Counted from the first letter of the stretch, positions 8,270 to 16,498 are shown. The stretch: DNA of 21,477 nt from an uncultured Fibrobacterales bacterium (GCA_963934255.1 CAWVXU010000043.1:1-21477), one strand, 5' to 3'. The notes: generated from the sequence alone by a model not told the origin. A program made the numbers and translations.

Positions 8270-9649
8270 ATGAAGAACTTCGCACTTCAGGGACCTTTTT
8301 ATTTTATCGGAGTCGCCGGTGCTGGGATGAGTGCTATTGCACAATACCTCGCTTTGTCTGGTGAAACTGTGGGAGGATCAGATCGACGTTTCGGTCAAGA
8401 CGCCCCCGATGAAGACCAACTTAAACTCGAAAAAATGAATATTGAATGCTTAGCCCAAGACGGTTCTGCCATTTCGAATCAATTTAAAACTGTAGTCATT
8501 TCAACTGCAATTGAAGAATCAAATCCTGACCTAATAAAAGCACGCGAGTTAGGTATTGAGGTGCTACACCGAAGTGATCTGTTAAGCGCCATTGCTGATT
8601 CTAAAAAATCCATTTGCTTCAGCGGCACCTCAGGTAAATCTACAACGACAGCGATGTGCTATCATATTTTAAAAACCTGTGGGCTCTCACCCTCCTTACT
8701 CACAGGTGCTGGCATCCAAGACCTAATTGCCCAAGGTCTTATAGGCAACGCAGATGTAGGGACCGGTGAATACCTACTCATGGAAGCCGATGAGTCGGAC
8801 GGCTCGCTTGTCAAATATCATCCACATATCGGAGTGATGCTTAATCTTGATCGAGACCACAAAGAATTAGATGAACTAGAACCACTTTTCTCTCAATTTC
8901 GTGCTCAAACGAAATCTACTTGGATTGTTAATTCTGGATTAAAACGCACCCGACGTTTTTCTGAAAATCAACGCAATGACTTTGGTAGTGATAAAAATTG
9001 TGGCTTCACTATTTCAGAGTTTAAATCTCAAGGATTTATCAGTCATTTTAAAGTTGCCGGTATTGAAGTTAAGTTGCCACTCCCTGGTCTTCACAACGCT
9101 GAAAATGCCACTGCGGCGATGGCGGCAGCCTACTTTGCCGGTGTGAGTTTAACTGATGCAGCAAGTGCCCTTGAAACCTACCCAGGTATTTACAGACGAA
9201 TGCAAATGATCTGTGTACATGACGAGATTCAGCTCATTGATGATTTTGCACATAATCCTGCAAAAATATTCGCTGCTATTGAAGCGGGACAAACCCTATC
9301 TGCTCGAGTAATCGCATTTTTTCAACCACATGGATTTGCCCCTACTGCCTTTATGAAAGACGAGCTCTTAGAAGGCCTTATTGAATTAATGAGGCCCAAA
9401 GACTCTCTTTATTTCTCTGACATCTACTATGCTGGTGGAACTGCAAATAAATCTATCCACGCAAGTGAGCTGGCCCAGGGACTTGAGACAATGCCAGGTA
9501 GTGCTCACTATATGGAAAATAGACTAGCATGTGCACAAGATATGGTAGATAAATCCCAAAAAGGAGATCTTATTCTACTGATGGGAGCAAGAGACCCCAC
9601 TTTAGAACAATTTGCTCAAGAAGTTAAAATGCTGCTTATAGCAAAGTAA
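8270..9649 (+). CDS. MurC/Mpl-like Mur ligase (UDP-MurNAc:L-alanine or peptide ligase family)
   Basis: FIGVAGAGMSAIA, GSD, GTSGKSTTT P-loop, EADESDGS, DDFAHNP, FQPH. Lies outside a dcw cluster, so MurC versus a recycling paralog is unresolved. Confidence 0.85.
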   Translation: MKNFALQGPFYFIGVAGAGMSAIAQYLALSGETVGGSDRRFGQDAPDEDQLKLEKMNIECLAQDGSAISNQFKTVVISTAIEESNPDLIKARELGIEVLHRSDLLSAIADSKKSICFSGTSGKSTTTAMCYHILKTCGLSPSLLTGAGIQDLIAQGLIGNADVGTGEYLLMEADESDGSLVKYHPHIGVMLNLDRDHKELDELEPLFSQFRAQTKSTWIVNSGLKRTRRFSENQRNDFGSDKNCGFTISEFKSQGFISHFKVAGIEVKLPLPGLHNAENATAAMAAAYFAGVSLTDAASALETYPGIYRRMQMICVHDEIQLIDDFAHNPAKIFAAIEAGQTLSARVIAFFQPHGFAPTAFMKDELLEGLIELMRPKDSLYFSDIYYAGGTANKSIHASELAQGLETMPGSAHYMENRLACAQDMVDKSQKGDLILLMGARDPTLEQFAQEVKMLLIAK

Positions 9650-9672
9650 TCCTTCAAATTTACCCTTGAGCC

Positions 9673-9702
9673 TTGACATAAGTCCTTAATTTTACTTAAT
9701 TT
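9673..9702 (+). promoter_or_regulatory. Candidate sigma70 promoter for the small basic protein
   Basis: TTGACA (9673-9678), 18-nt spacer, TAATTT (9697-9702), about 40 nt upstream of ATG 9744. Confidence 0.5.
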
Positions 9703-9743
9703 ATAGCTCATTAATGAACACCTTTTAATATGCGAGATTTTTT

Positions 9744-9839
9744 ATGCCTTCAGGTAAAAAAAGAAAAAGACATAAGATTGCGACTCACAAGCGCAAAAAG
9801 CGTCGTCGTAAAGATAGACACAAAAAAAAGTCTAAATAG
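9744..9839 (+). CDS. 31-aa highly basic ribosomal protein bS22-like / AURKAIP1-COX24 (mS38) domain peptide; absent from the ORF track
   Basis: Translated by hand: MPSGKKRKRHKIATHKRKKRRRKDRHKKKSK*. Matches the MPSGKKRKRHKxATHKRKKR pattern of the Bacteroidota-type family; has its own candidate promoter and terminator. Confidence 0.9.
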   Translation: MPSGKKRKRHKIATHKRKKRRRKDRHKKKSK

Positions 9840-9890
9840 GACTTAAGAAAAATTTGAACAAACCCTACGCAAGTAGGGTGAGTCAGTTTT

Positions 9891-9922
9891 AAAAAAAGAG
9901 AACTTTGTAGTTCTCTTTTTTT
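9891..9922. terminator. Intrinsic terminator downstream of the bS22-like gene
   Basis: Perfect 14-bp inverted repeat AAAAAAAGAGAACT-TTGT-AGTTCTCTTTTTTT with A7/T7 ends. Confidence 0.85.
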
Positions 9923-10107
9923 GGTTTATAGGAGGATCTTATCTTGATATAAGAGCTCCTCCTAGGAGCAACAATACTGATATAGATTCAAAATAGGGCA
10001 CAAAAGAGCACTTCAAATATAAATCAATTTCTATTTTAACAGACAGACCAAAAGGGTTCATATTAGTTAAGGCCTGATAATAACTGACGAAAGCAATTCA
10101 CAACGCT

Positions 10108-12417
10108 ATGGCTAACCAAAATTCACAGTCCTCAAAATACAACCAGTCAAGTGAGACCCAAGAGACCGTTGAAGCCCAAGTCAAAAGTATACTTTTTCGG
10201 AATGAAGATAATCAATATAGTGTCCTCAAGCTAGAAGGTAACAAACCCAAAGGTGAGTTTATCAGCACGGGAGTCTACCCCAATGTATCAAAGGGTGAGG
10301 AAATTCGAGCAATAGGGAAATGGGTCAAACATCCTAAGTTTGGTGAGCAGTTTCAAGTACAAAGTGTTGAAGTCATTCAACCCAAAGGACACGAAGCTAT
10401 TATTCGTCATCTTTCAAGTGGGCTTTACCGTAAAATTGGCCCAAAAACTGCCGAAAATATTGCCGACCACTTCGGTGAAGCTACAATGGATATATTAAGA
10501 GCCGACCCCACTAGAATTAAAGAAGTTCCAAGGTTTACCGGTGAAAGAATTGAACTTTTTATTGAAGATTGGAAAACACATCAAGGTTCCAGAGATGTAT
10601 TATACTTCCTTCATCAACATGAGATTGCTGCAGGGATAGCGATGCGGATTTATAAAAAGTTTGGCGACCAAACTATGCTTTTTATCAAACAAAACCCCTA
10701 CATACTCGCTGAAGAAATTTGGGGTATTGGTTTCCACAAAGCCGATCAAATTGCGCGTCATTTTGAGATTGATTTAGATCACCCTCAAAGATTTAAAGCC
10801 GCTATAAATTATCTCGTAAATAGAAGCGCCTTAGATGGTCACACCTTTTTACCTGAGAAAATACTCTTCCAACAAGCCATCAAAATATTGACCGAAATTC
10901 AAATTCAAGAACATTTGTTTACTATGTTAACTCGTGCACTATCTGAAATGGAACAAGAGAAACAAATTATTCGGGTAATGGATAGAGTGTTTCAACCTTC
11001 ACTTTATTACTCTGAAGAATTTATTTCTATCTGGGTAAAAAGACGTTTAATCGTCCCTCAAAGTAAAATTAAAAGTGTTTGGAAAAAACGTTTAAAAGCA
11101 TTTGAATCCTTTACAAAAATTGAATTTAGTGATCAGCAAACCGAGGCTATTTATACTGCAATTTCTAGTTCATTTTTTGTCCTCACGGGTGGACCGGGTA
11201 CAGGTAAGACGACTCTACTCAAAGGCCTACTCGCTTCTCTAGACGATGATAAAATCAAAATTAAATTAGCCGCACCTACAGGGCGGGCAGCCAAACGAAT
11301 GGAAGAACTCTCTGGCAAAAAGGCTCTTACTTTACACCGGCTGTTAGAATACAATCCACAAGATCATTCCTTTCAAAAGCACGCCTCAGAACAACTGAGT
11401 GTTGACTATGTTATTGTGGATGAAGCATCAATGATCGACACAAGACTCATGTCAGGACTTATGGAGGCCTTGCCGGCTTCGTGTCGTCTTATTTTGATTG
11501 GCGACAAAGACCAACTCCCCTCTGTCGGGCCTGGTCAAGTATTATCTAACCTCCTTGATATTGATGAGATCCCCAAAGCCTGTCTAGATAGAATTTATCG
11601 CCAGGAAGAAGGTTCAGACATACCTCATAACGCCAATCGAATTTTACTTGGAAAGTTACCTGAATTTAAAAAGAAAACTCATTTCCATATCCGTGAACAT
11701 TCATCAATACCTCAAGCTAAAGAGATCGTTCAATCCTTCACCCAGCATGATATCCCCAAGTATTTCAAATTAGACCCCATGAAAGAAATTCAAGTTCTTA
11801 CTCCCATGAGAAAAGGTCAACTTGGCACCTATGAATTGAACGATGTCTTACAAAAAGCGCTCAATACTGATGGTCAAGAACACAAAGTCCATGGCCGTCA
11901 ATTGCGAATCGGCGATAAGATGATGCAAATCAAGAATAATTACGATAAGAATATCTACAACGGTGACATTGGATACCTCAGAAGCGTCAACACTCAAGCC
12001 AAGACTTTTGTGTTGGATTTTGATGAACTCATTGAATATGAGTTTAACGAAATTGATGAGTTAGTTCTGGCATATGCAACAACGATACATAAATCACAAG
12101 GTTCAGAATATCCTGTAGTCATAGTTGTTTTGGACCCATCTCACAGTATTATGTTACAAAGAAATTTACTTTATACTGCTGTCACAAGAGCCAAAGACCG
12201 AGTGTTTTTAATCAGCCCCCAAAGCTGTATTGCCCAATGTATTTATAACGATCGAATCCAGCAAAGGTTCACTCATTTACTTGAACACCTGTCGCCTAGT
12301 CATGTCAAGGTTGAAAACTTCATGGCTGAACCAACAGCCAAAGAGAGTCATTCAGAACAAGTCAAAACAAAAGAAGATTCTAGTGAATTCATGGGGTTTT
12401 TGGATGATGAGAAATAA
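10108..12417 (+). CDS. recD2: ATP-dependent RecD2-type SF1B DNA helicase
   Basis: N-terminal HPKFGEQF, HhH motifs (KIGPKTA, WGIGFHKAD), GGPGTGKT, AAPTGRAAKR, DEASM, GDKDQLPSVG, YATTIHKSQGSE, RNLLYTAVTRAK; no recB or recC in the window. Confidence 0.96.
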   Translation: MANQNSQSSKYNQSSETQETVEAQVKSILFRNEDNQYSVLKLEGNKPKGEFISTGVYPNVSKGEEIRAIGKWVKHPKFGEQFQVQSVEVIQPKGHEAIIRHLSSGLYRKIGPKTAENIADHFGEATMDILRADPTRIKEVPRFTGERIELFIEDWKTHQGSRDVLYFLHQHEIAAGIAMRIYKKFGDQTMLFIKQNPYILAEEIWGIGFHKADQIARHFEIDLDHPQRFKAAINYLVNRSALDGHTFLPEKILFQQAIKILTEIQIQEHLFTMLTRALSEMEQEKQIIRVMDRVFQPSLYYSEEFISIWVKRRLIVPQSKIKSVWKKRLKAFESFTKIEFSDQQTEAIYTAISSSFFVLTGGPGTGKTTLLKGLLASLDDDKIKIKLAAPTGRAAKRMEELSGKKALTLHRLLEYNPQDHSFQKHASEQLSVDYVIVDEASMIDTRLMSGLMEALPASCRLILIGDKDQLPSVGPGQVLSNLLDIDEIPKACLDRIYRQEEGSDIPHNANRILLGKLPEFKKKTHFHIREHSSIPQAKEIVQSFTQHDIPKYFKLDPMKEIQVLTPMRKGQLGTYELNDVLQKALNTDGQEHKVHGRQLRIGDKMMQIKNNYDKNIYNGDIGYLRSVNTQAKTFVLDFDELIEYEFNEIDELVLAYATTIHKSQGSEYPVVIVVLDPSHSIMLQRNLLYTAVTRAKDRVFLISPQSCIAQCIYNDRIQQRFTHLLEHLSPSHVKVENFMAEPTAKESHSEQVKTKEDSSEFMGFLDDEK

Positions 12418-12455
12418 AATTAATTAGTTATAAACATTGACTAAGTTTTTTAAAT

Positions 12456-13382
12456 CTATTGATCTACTAGGCGATATATAGGCCGTTTTCTTGAATAAGT
12501 GAATATCCCTGTAATCCCTCGAATCACTTCAAGATTGTGAATCAAGAAAAACACAGGACCCTTGAAAATCAAAATACTCCCATAAACCAAACCTAAAGCC
12601 ACCCAGGAAAATGCTTCTCCATAAAGGGCTAAATGCATTAACGACATGAAAATTAAATAAGGGAAGGGATTCAGTAAAAAGAAATAGGGAAGCGATGTAT
12701 AAATAAACTGTGATACAAGTAGCTGCCCAAACCCAAAGAACTTATGGTTCGTTGGGAAGAATTTCTCAATAAAACGACGAGATTCAAAATGTTTGTTAAA
12801 GCGTTGAGTCACCATAGGAATAGATAACTCTTCAACCTTAAGGCCCAGCTTCAAAATCCGGGCGTGAAGATCCACTTCGCCATAAGATTCTACTGATGGA
12901 TTCCAATTTCCTGCTCTAAGGATTTTTTCTTTTTGAGCGAGTAATGCACCTTCAAACGGCGCCAATTTATTGTACGATGTTTCAATTCGGTGAAGTCCAG
13001 AATTTTTATCATCAATCAAAATTTGAGTATACTTACCCACAAAACCAGCGAGGCCTCTTGATTTAGTAAATGCTCGGGAGTTGATAAATTCAATAAATTC
13101 TTCTCTGAGCACCATATTGGCGTCCAAATATAAAACCCAATCAAAATTAGCGAGAATAGTACCAGACCATCTGCCTGAAGAATGATGAACATAGCCCTCT
13201 TTATCAAATTCATAGACTCTGTCGGCGTATCTTTTGGCAATATCAAGGGAATCGTCTGTCGAGTTCAGATCAAAATAAATGATTTCATAAGTCAAATTGA
13301 TTTTGCGAATAGAATTAAAGACATTGCGCAAATGCGATGCATCATTTCTACCACTCACCACAACACTCATCAATTGAATCAT
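12456..13382 (-). CDS. GT2-family glycosyltransferase with C-terminal membrane helices
   Basis: SVVVSGRN, EIIYFDLNSTDDS, WVLYLDAN, hydrophobic C-terminus; AGGAG RBS at 13393-13397 on the minus strand. Confidence 0.85.
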   Translation of the reverse strand: MIQLMSVVVSGRNDASHLRNVFNSIRKINLTYEIIYFDLNSTDDSLDIAKRYADRVYEFDKEGYVHHSSGRWSGTILANFDWVLYLDANMVLREEFIEFINSRAFTKSRGLAGFVGKYTQILIDDKNSGLHRIETSYNKLAPFEGALLAQKEKILRAGNWNPSVESYGEVDLHARILKLGLKVEELSIPMVTQRFNKHFESRRFIEKFFPTNHKFFGFGQLLVSQFIYTSLPYFFLLNPFPYLIFMSLMHLALYGEAFSWVALGLVYGSILIFKGPVFFLIHNLEVIRGITGIFTYSRKRPIYRLVDQ

Positions 13383-13419
13383 TAATTAGAATCTCCTGCG
13401 CTTAAACTAGATTTTATCG

Positions 13420-13449
13420 TTGAAAATTCCAAAGACTCCTTGCTATTGT
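13420..13449 (+). promoter_or_regulatory. Candidate sigma70 promoter for ORF 13499
   Basis: TTGAAA (13420-13425), 18-nt spacer, extended -10 TGcTATTGT (13441-13449). Confidence 0.4.
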
Positions 13450-13498
13450 TTGATGAAATGAATATTTTATTCAGACTCACCCATTAGCTAATCATCCG

Positions 13499-14272
13499 TT
13501 GGGAATAATATTGAAAACATGGAAACTTATTCTGTCTCTCGGAGTTGTCTCTGGAGTAATTTATTCCCTACATAGTGGTCTTGAACGTCATCGATATACT
13601 CGTCAACAACAGGAATTCTCATTTCTGCCTTCGGCTGATCATGTAAGAATGCTGAGTATGGGTCATACTGAGACGGCAGCGAGTTTATTGTGGGTTCGCG
13701 GGATTATTTATTTTGGTGAGAGCCTGATGACCAGACAAAAAATTGTTTGGATGGAACACTTGATTGATTTGGTAACGATGGCTGACCCTAAATTTTCTAT
13801 GGCCTACCATTTTTTAGGCACTGCTATTCAAGCTGAAGACTTTAGCGATAATGGTTTCATCATACTAAAAAGAGGAGTTCAAGAATTCCCCAATGATTGG
13901 AAGTTAAGTCTTTATTACTCAATGTTATTGATTAAAATAAAGAATAACTACTTAGAAGCATCAGTTGTTATGGATAAATTTAAAAACAGTCAAGACGTTC
14001 CAAAGTATATACAGGGCATAGGCACTAGCTTAAAACGGCGCCAAATGCCTGTGCGGGAAGCATTACATCTTTATTTGTCTGAATACTTCAATCAACCGAA
14101 TCCTGTTTTTAAAAAAAACATAAAAAATCGTATCCTATCATTTCTATCCAAAGAAAAAAATTACTCGGATTCACCGTTCAGATTAATCTTCAAACAATTT
14201 GAGCAAAAGGCAATCAGTCCTCAAGATTTTTTTGAGCTTCTAGTTTTAAAATATCATCAGAAGAGCAAGTAG
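13499..14272 (+). CDS. Membrane-anchored helical/TPR-like protein, possibly a pilin accessory protein (Myxococcus PilG / Geobacter XapA-like)
   Basis: N-terminal hydrophobic anchor, then FLPS...LSMG...ASLLWVRGIIYFG, ADPKFSMAY and LKRGVQEFPNDW (TPR-like helix turns); sits within a pilin locus. Family resemblance is from memory, not a search. TTG start uncertain. Confidence 0.55.
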   Translation: MGIILKTWKLILSLGVVSGVIYSLHSGLERHRYTRQQQEFSFLPSADHVRMLSMGHTETAASLLWVRGIIYFGESLMTRQKIVWMEHLIDLVTMADPKFSMAYHFLGTAIQAEDFSDNGFIILKRGVQEFPNDWKLSLYYSMLLIKIKNNYLEASVVMDKFKNSQDVPKYIQGIGTSLKRRQMPVREALHLYLSEYFNQPNPVFKKNIKNRILSFLSKEKNYSDSPFRLIFKQFEQKAISPQDFFELLVLKYHQKSK

Positions 14273-15878
14273 TCATTTGCCATAAATCAGTTTTTTCATC
14301 CAAATTATTTCTTAAATAAATTTCAACTTCCGCCTTCCATTTTAAAAATTGATTACAATCTAAGTTAACAAGACAATAGGCTTTCAGATTTAATGTCTCA
14401 CTGTTACCTTCTTTCCAAAATTTCAGTACTTGATCGGTTGCTTTAATACAGTTTTCGAATTGATTAAATCTGGCATAAGAATGTGCCAATTGAATCCTCC
14501 AATCGAATGTCAAGCCAGAATATTCTTCTAATTCTACAATAAGGTTATTAATTTCATCAGAAGTACCGTGCTTAACAGATTGTAAAAGCTTGTATTTTAA
14601 ATAATATGGGTCGTGTGGAGTTTTCTGTAAAAAATCCTCAATTATATGGGTATAAACAGTGTCTTTCTTATCCATTTGTATCTGAAAATATTGAAACTCT
14701 TTATGATGGTAAAGCCTTTTTAAATATTTATGAGAACTAAATGCCATGACAATCAACGATATCATTACGACAATCTTAACGTTAAATAATTTTGTCTCTC
14801 TTTCGGATTGATTTATCAGTTGAACTTTTGCTAAGTAAAACCAAAGAATGAAAGTAAAAATAAAGGAAAATGAATACGCTTGACCTAAAACACTTTGAAT
14901 TAGAATTAAAACACCAACCCTTATTGCTAAATCTTTTTGCTCGCCCTTTAACTTTGAAATCCCTAAGCCAGAGGCCACTATCTGAATACAAAATAAGGAT
15001 AAACCTATGATGCCATTTGAGGCAAAGAGTTGCAAGAATATATTGTGGGCAGAGTGAAGAATGTTTAAAGAGTTGACTTCAGTTGCGCTTGCATAACTTG
15101 TCGTAAAATAATTTTTAATAATTGCAGGGAAACCACCACCACCGACACCTAGCCAAAAATTATCTAAACCCATATAAAAACTCGACTTATAGATATACAT
15201 GCGAATGGAAAATGAATTAGTGAATTGAGGCAATAAATAAACTGATACCACTAGTCCTACTAATGTGGCTAAAATAGCCATATACTTGTATTTTTTGTTT
15301 CGTATTGCCTCGGTAACAAATAAAACAACTACTGATAGGATTGCTGCTTTACCGTAACCAATTATGATAAATAATAAAGAAGAATAAATGATAGGTAGAT
15401 GAATTCCTTTGGACATGGTTCTGTAGTTATACCACGACCAAACAAGAACTATAGTGACAAAAGAGAGAAATTCATTTTTATGGTTGAATATAGATTTGAT
15501 AGCCCTATTGGGTGACCACAAGTGCTGTAAGTCCAAAACATCTAAAAATCCAACAAAGTAAACAATGCCAACAAATGAATATAAAAAGTTGTTTTTGAAT
15601 TTTAATTCAGAATGCCCAAGACAAAATCCGAGTAATCCAAAGCTGACTAGCGTTGTATAACGATCTGAACTAATATATTGTGAGATGTTTAAAAAACAGT
15701 ATGCAAAAAAAAGAAGACCTGGCGCCAATTTTTTTAATGGTTGAGGAGTAGACCTACTCAATAAAAAAACAATACCTAAAACTAAACCAAAAAAAAGAGG
15801 ACCTTCCTCACCGGTAATCATGGTGAAATAATTCGGTATTAATAAAACAAAAATCGAACAACTTATTAAGTATTTCAA
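14214..15878 (-). CDS. O-antigen-ligase-family (Wzy_C) membrane protein, probable pilin O-oligosaccharyltransferase, with C-terminal TPR-like domain
   Basis: Many TM helices; SIFNHKNEF, IRMYIY, WLGVGGGGF and HSAHNIFLQ are Wzy_C/PglL/WaaL signatures; directly downstream of pilA. The track start (15911) lies inside a terminator, so TTG 15878 behind GGAG (15889-15892) is more plausible. Confidence 0.8.
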   Translation of the reverse strand: MKYLISCSIFVLLIPNYFTMITGEEGPLFFGLVLGIVFLLSRSTPQPLKKLAPGLLFFAYCFLNISQYISSDRYTTLVSFGLLGFCLGHSELKFKNNFLYSFVGIVYFVGFLDVLDLQHLWSPNRAIKSIFNHKNEFLSFVTIVLVWSWYNYRTMSKGIHLPIIYSSLLFIIIGYGKAAILSVVVLFVTEAIRNKKYKYMAILATLVGLVVSVYLLPQFTNSFSIRMYIYKSSFYMGLDNFWLGVGGGGFPAIIKNYFTTSYASATEVNSLNILHSAHNIFLQLFASNGIIGLSLFCIQIVASGLGISKLKGEQKDLAIRVGVLILIQSVLGQAYSFSFIFTFILWFYLAKVQLINQSERETKLFNVKIVVMISLIVMAFSSHKYLKRLYHHKEFQYFQIQMDKKDTVYTHIIEDFLQKTPHDPYYLKYKLLQSVKHGTSDEINNLIVELEEYSGLTFDWRIQLAHSYARFNQFENCIKATDQVLKFWKEGNSETLNLKAYCLVNLDCNQFLKWKAEVEIYLRNNLDEKTDLWQMTTCSSDDILKLEAQKNLED

Positions 15879-15892
15879 AATCCCATTACTCC

Positions 15893-15925
15893 AAAAAAAA
15901 AACCACTCCAAATAGGAGTGGTTTT
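15893..15925 (-). terminator. Intrinsic terminator after pilA
   Basis: AAAACCACTCC (15899-15909), 5-nt loop, GGAGTGGTTTT (15915-15925); T10 tail on the minus strand (15902-15893); begins 35 nt after the pilA stop. Confidence 0.9.
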
Positions 15926-15960
15926 AAATTATAACACTAAATTACACAATCAATTAAGAA

Positions 15961-16395
15961 CTATGGTGCAAAAGCCGGTGTCAACGCGGGACAACCAGTT
16001 CCAGTAGCATTAGTGCGAACAGGGGAAGTTGATGAAACTGTAGCAGCTGCAATCAAAGAAGTCCAAGTAGCACCTACTGCACAATCCCCAAGAGCTACGC
16101 TACTTGTTCCAACAAAAGTACGATCAACTGTTGATCCTGTAGAGGTGTATTCAAAATTCCTTGACGTCGGAGCCGTAAATCCGATATTATCAAAGTCATT
16201 AGTTGAATTAGTTTCGATCACATAAGCTGCTTGAACACGTTCCCAGCCAGCGGCGGTTGGTGCAACTTCAGATGCTTTTGCTTTTGCAGACATTCCGAAC
16301 ATTTTTGGAATAGCTACTGCTGCTAGAATACCGATGATCACGATTACAACCATAAGTTCGATTAGTGTAAAACCTTTTGAGTTATTGAGTTTCAT
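15961..16395 (-). CDS. pilA: Type IVa major pilin, 144-aa prepilin
   Basis: True start ATG 16395 with AAGGAG RBS (16401-16406); class III signal MKLNNSKG|FTLIELMVVIVIIGILAAVAIP with E5; C-terminal Cys pair (DCAV...GCP); own strong terminator. Confidence 0.95.
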   Translation of the reverse strand: MKLNNSKGFTLIELMVVIVIIGILAAVAIPKMFGMSAKAKASEVAPTAAGWERVQAAYVIETNSTNDFDNIGFTAPTSRNFEYTSTGSTVDRTFVGTSSVALGDCAVGATWTSLIAAATVSSTSPVRTNATGTGCPALTPAFAP

Positions 16396-16453
16396 ATATT
16401 CTCCTTGAATTATTTTTAAGACTCTATTTGCAAACTGACCGTTTACTTGCTCA

Positions 16454-16483
16454 AAGATACTCCTATGACAACTCATCTTGCAA
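16454..16483 (-). promoter_or_regulatory. Candidate sigma70 promoter for pilA
   Basis: Minus strand TTGCAA (16483-16478), 18-nt spacer, TATCTT (16459-16454). Confidence 0.4.
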
Positions 16484-16498
16484 CACTTTTCAATGAGA

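Noticed and set aside
10074..10095. CTGATAA...CTGACGAAAG resembling a hammerhead ribozyme core
   Set aside because: The first motif deviates from CUGAnGA, no stem II closes before a GAAA, and I could not build stems I and III.
9650..10107. Largest intergenic region as a candidate oriC, tRNA or CRISPR locus
   Set aside because: No DnaA boxes, cloverleaf or repeated units; explained by a small ORF, promoter and hairpins.
15700..15902. A8-A10 homopolymers near the OTase 5' end as phase-variation tracts
   Set aside because: The A10 is the terminator tail; A8 runs are common throughout this AT-rich window and the frame is intact.
16396..16476. Track N-terminal extension of the pilin (long type IVb-like leader)
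   Set aside because: AAGGAG precedes ATG 16395, giving a normal 8-aa type IVa leader.
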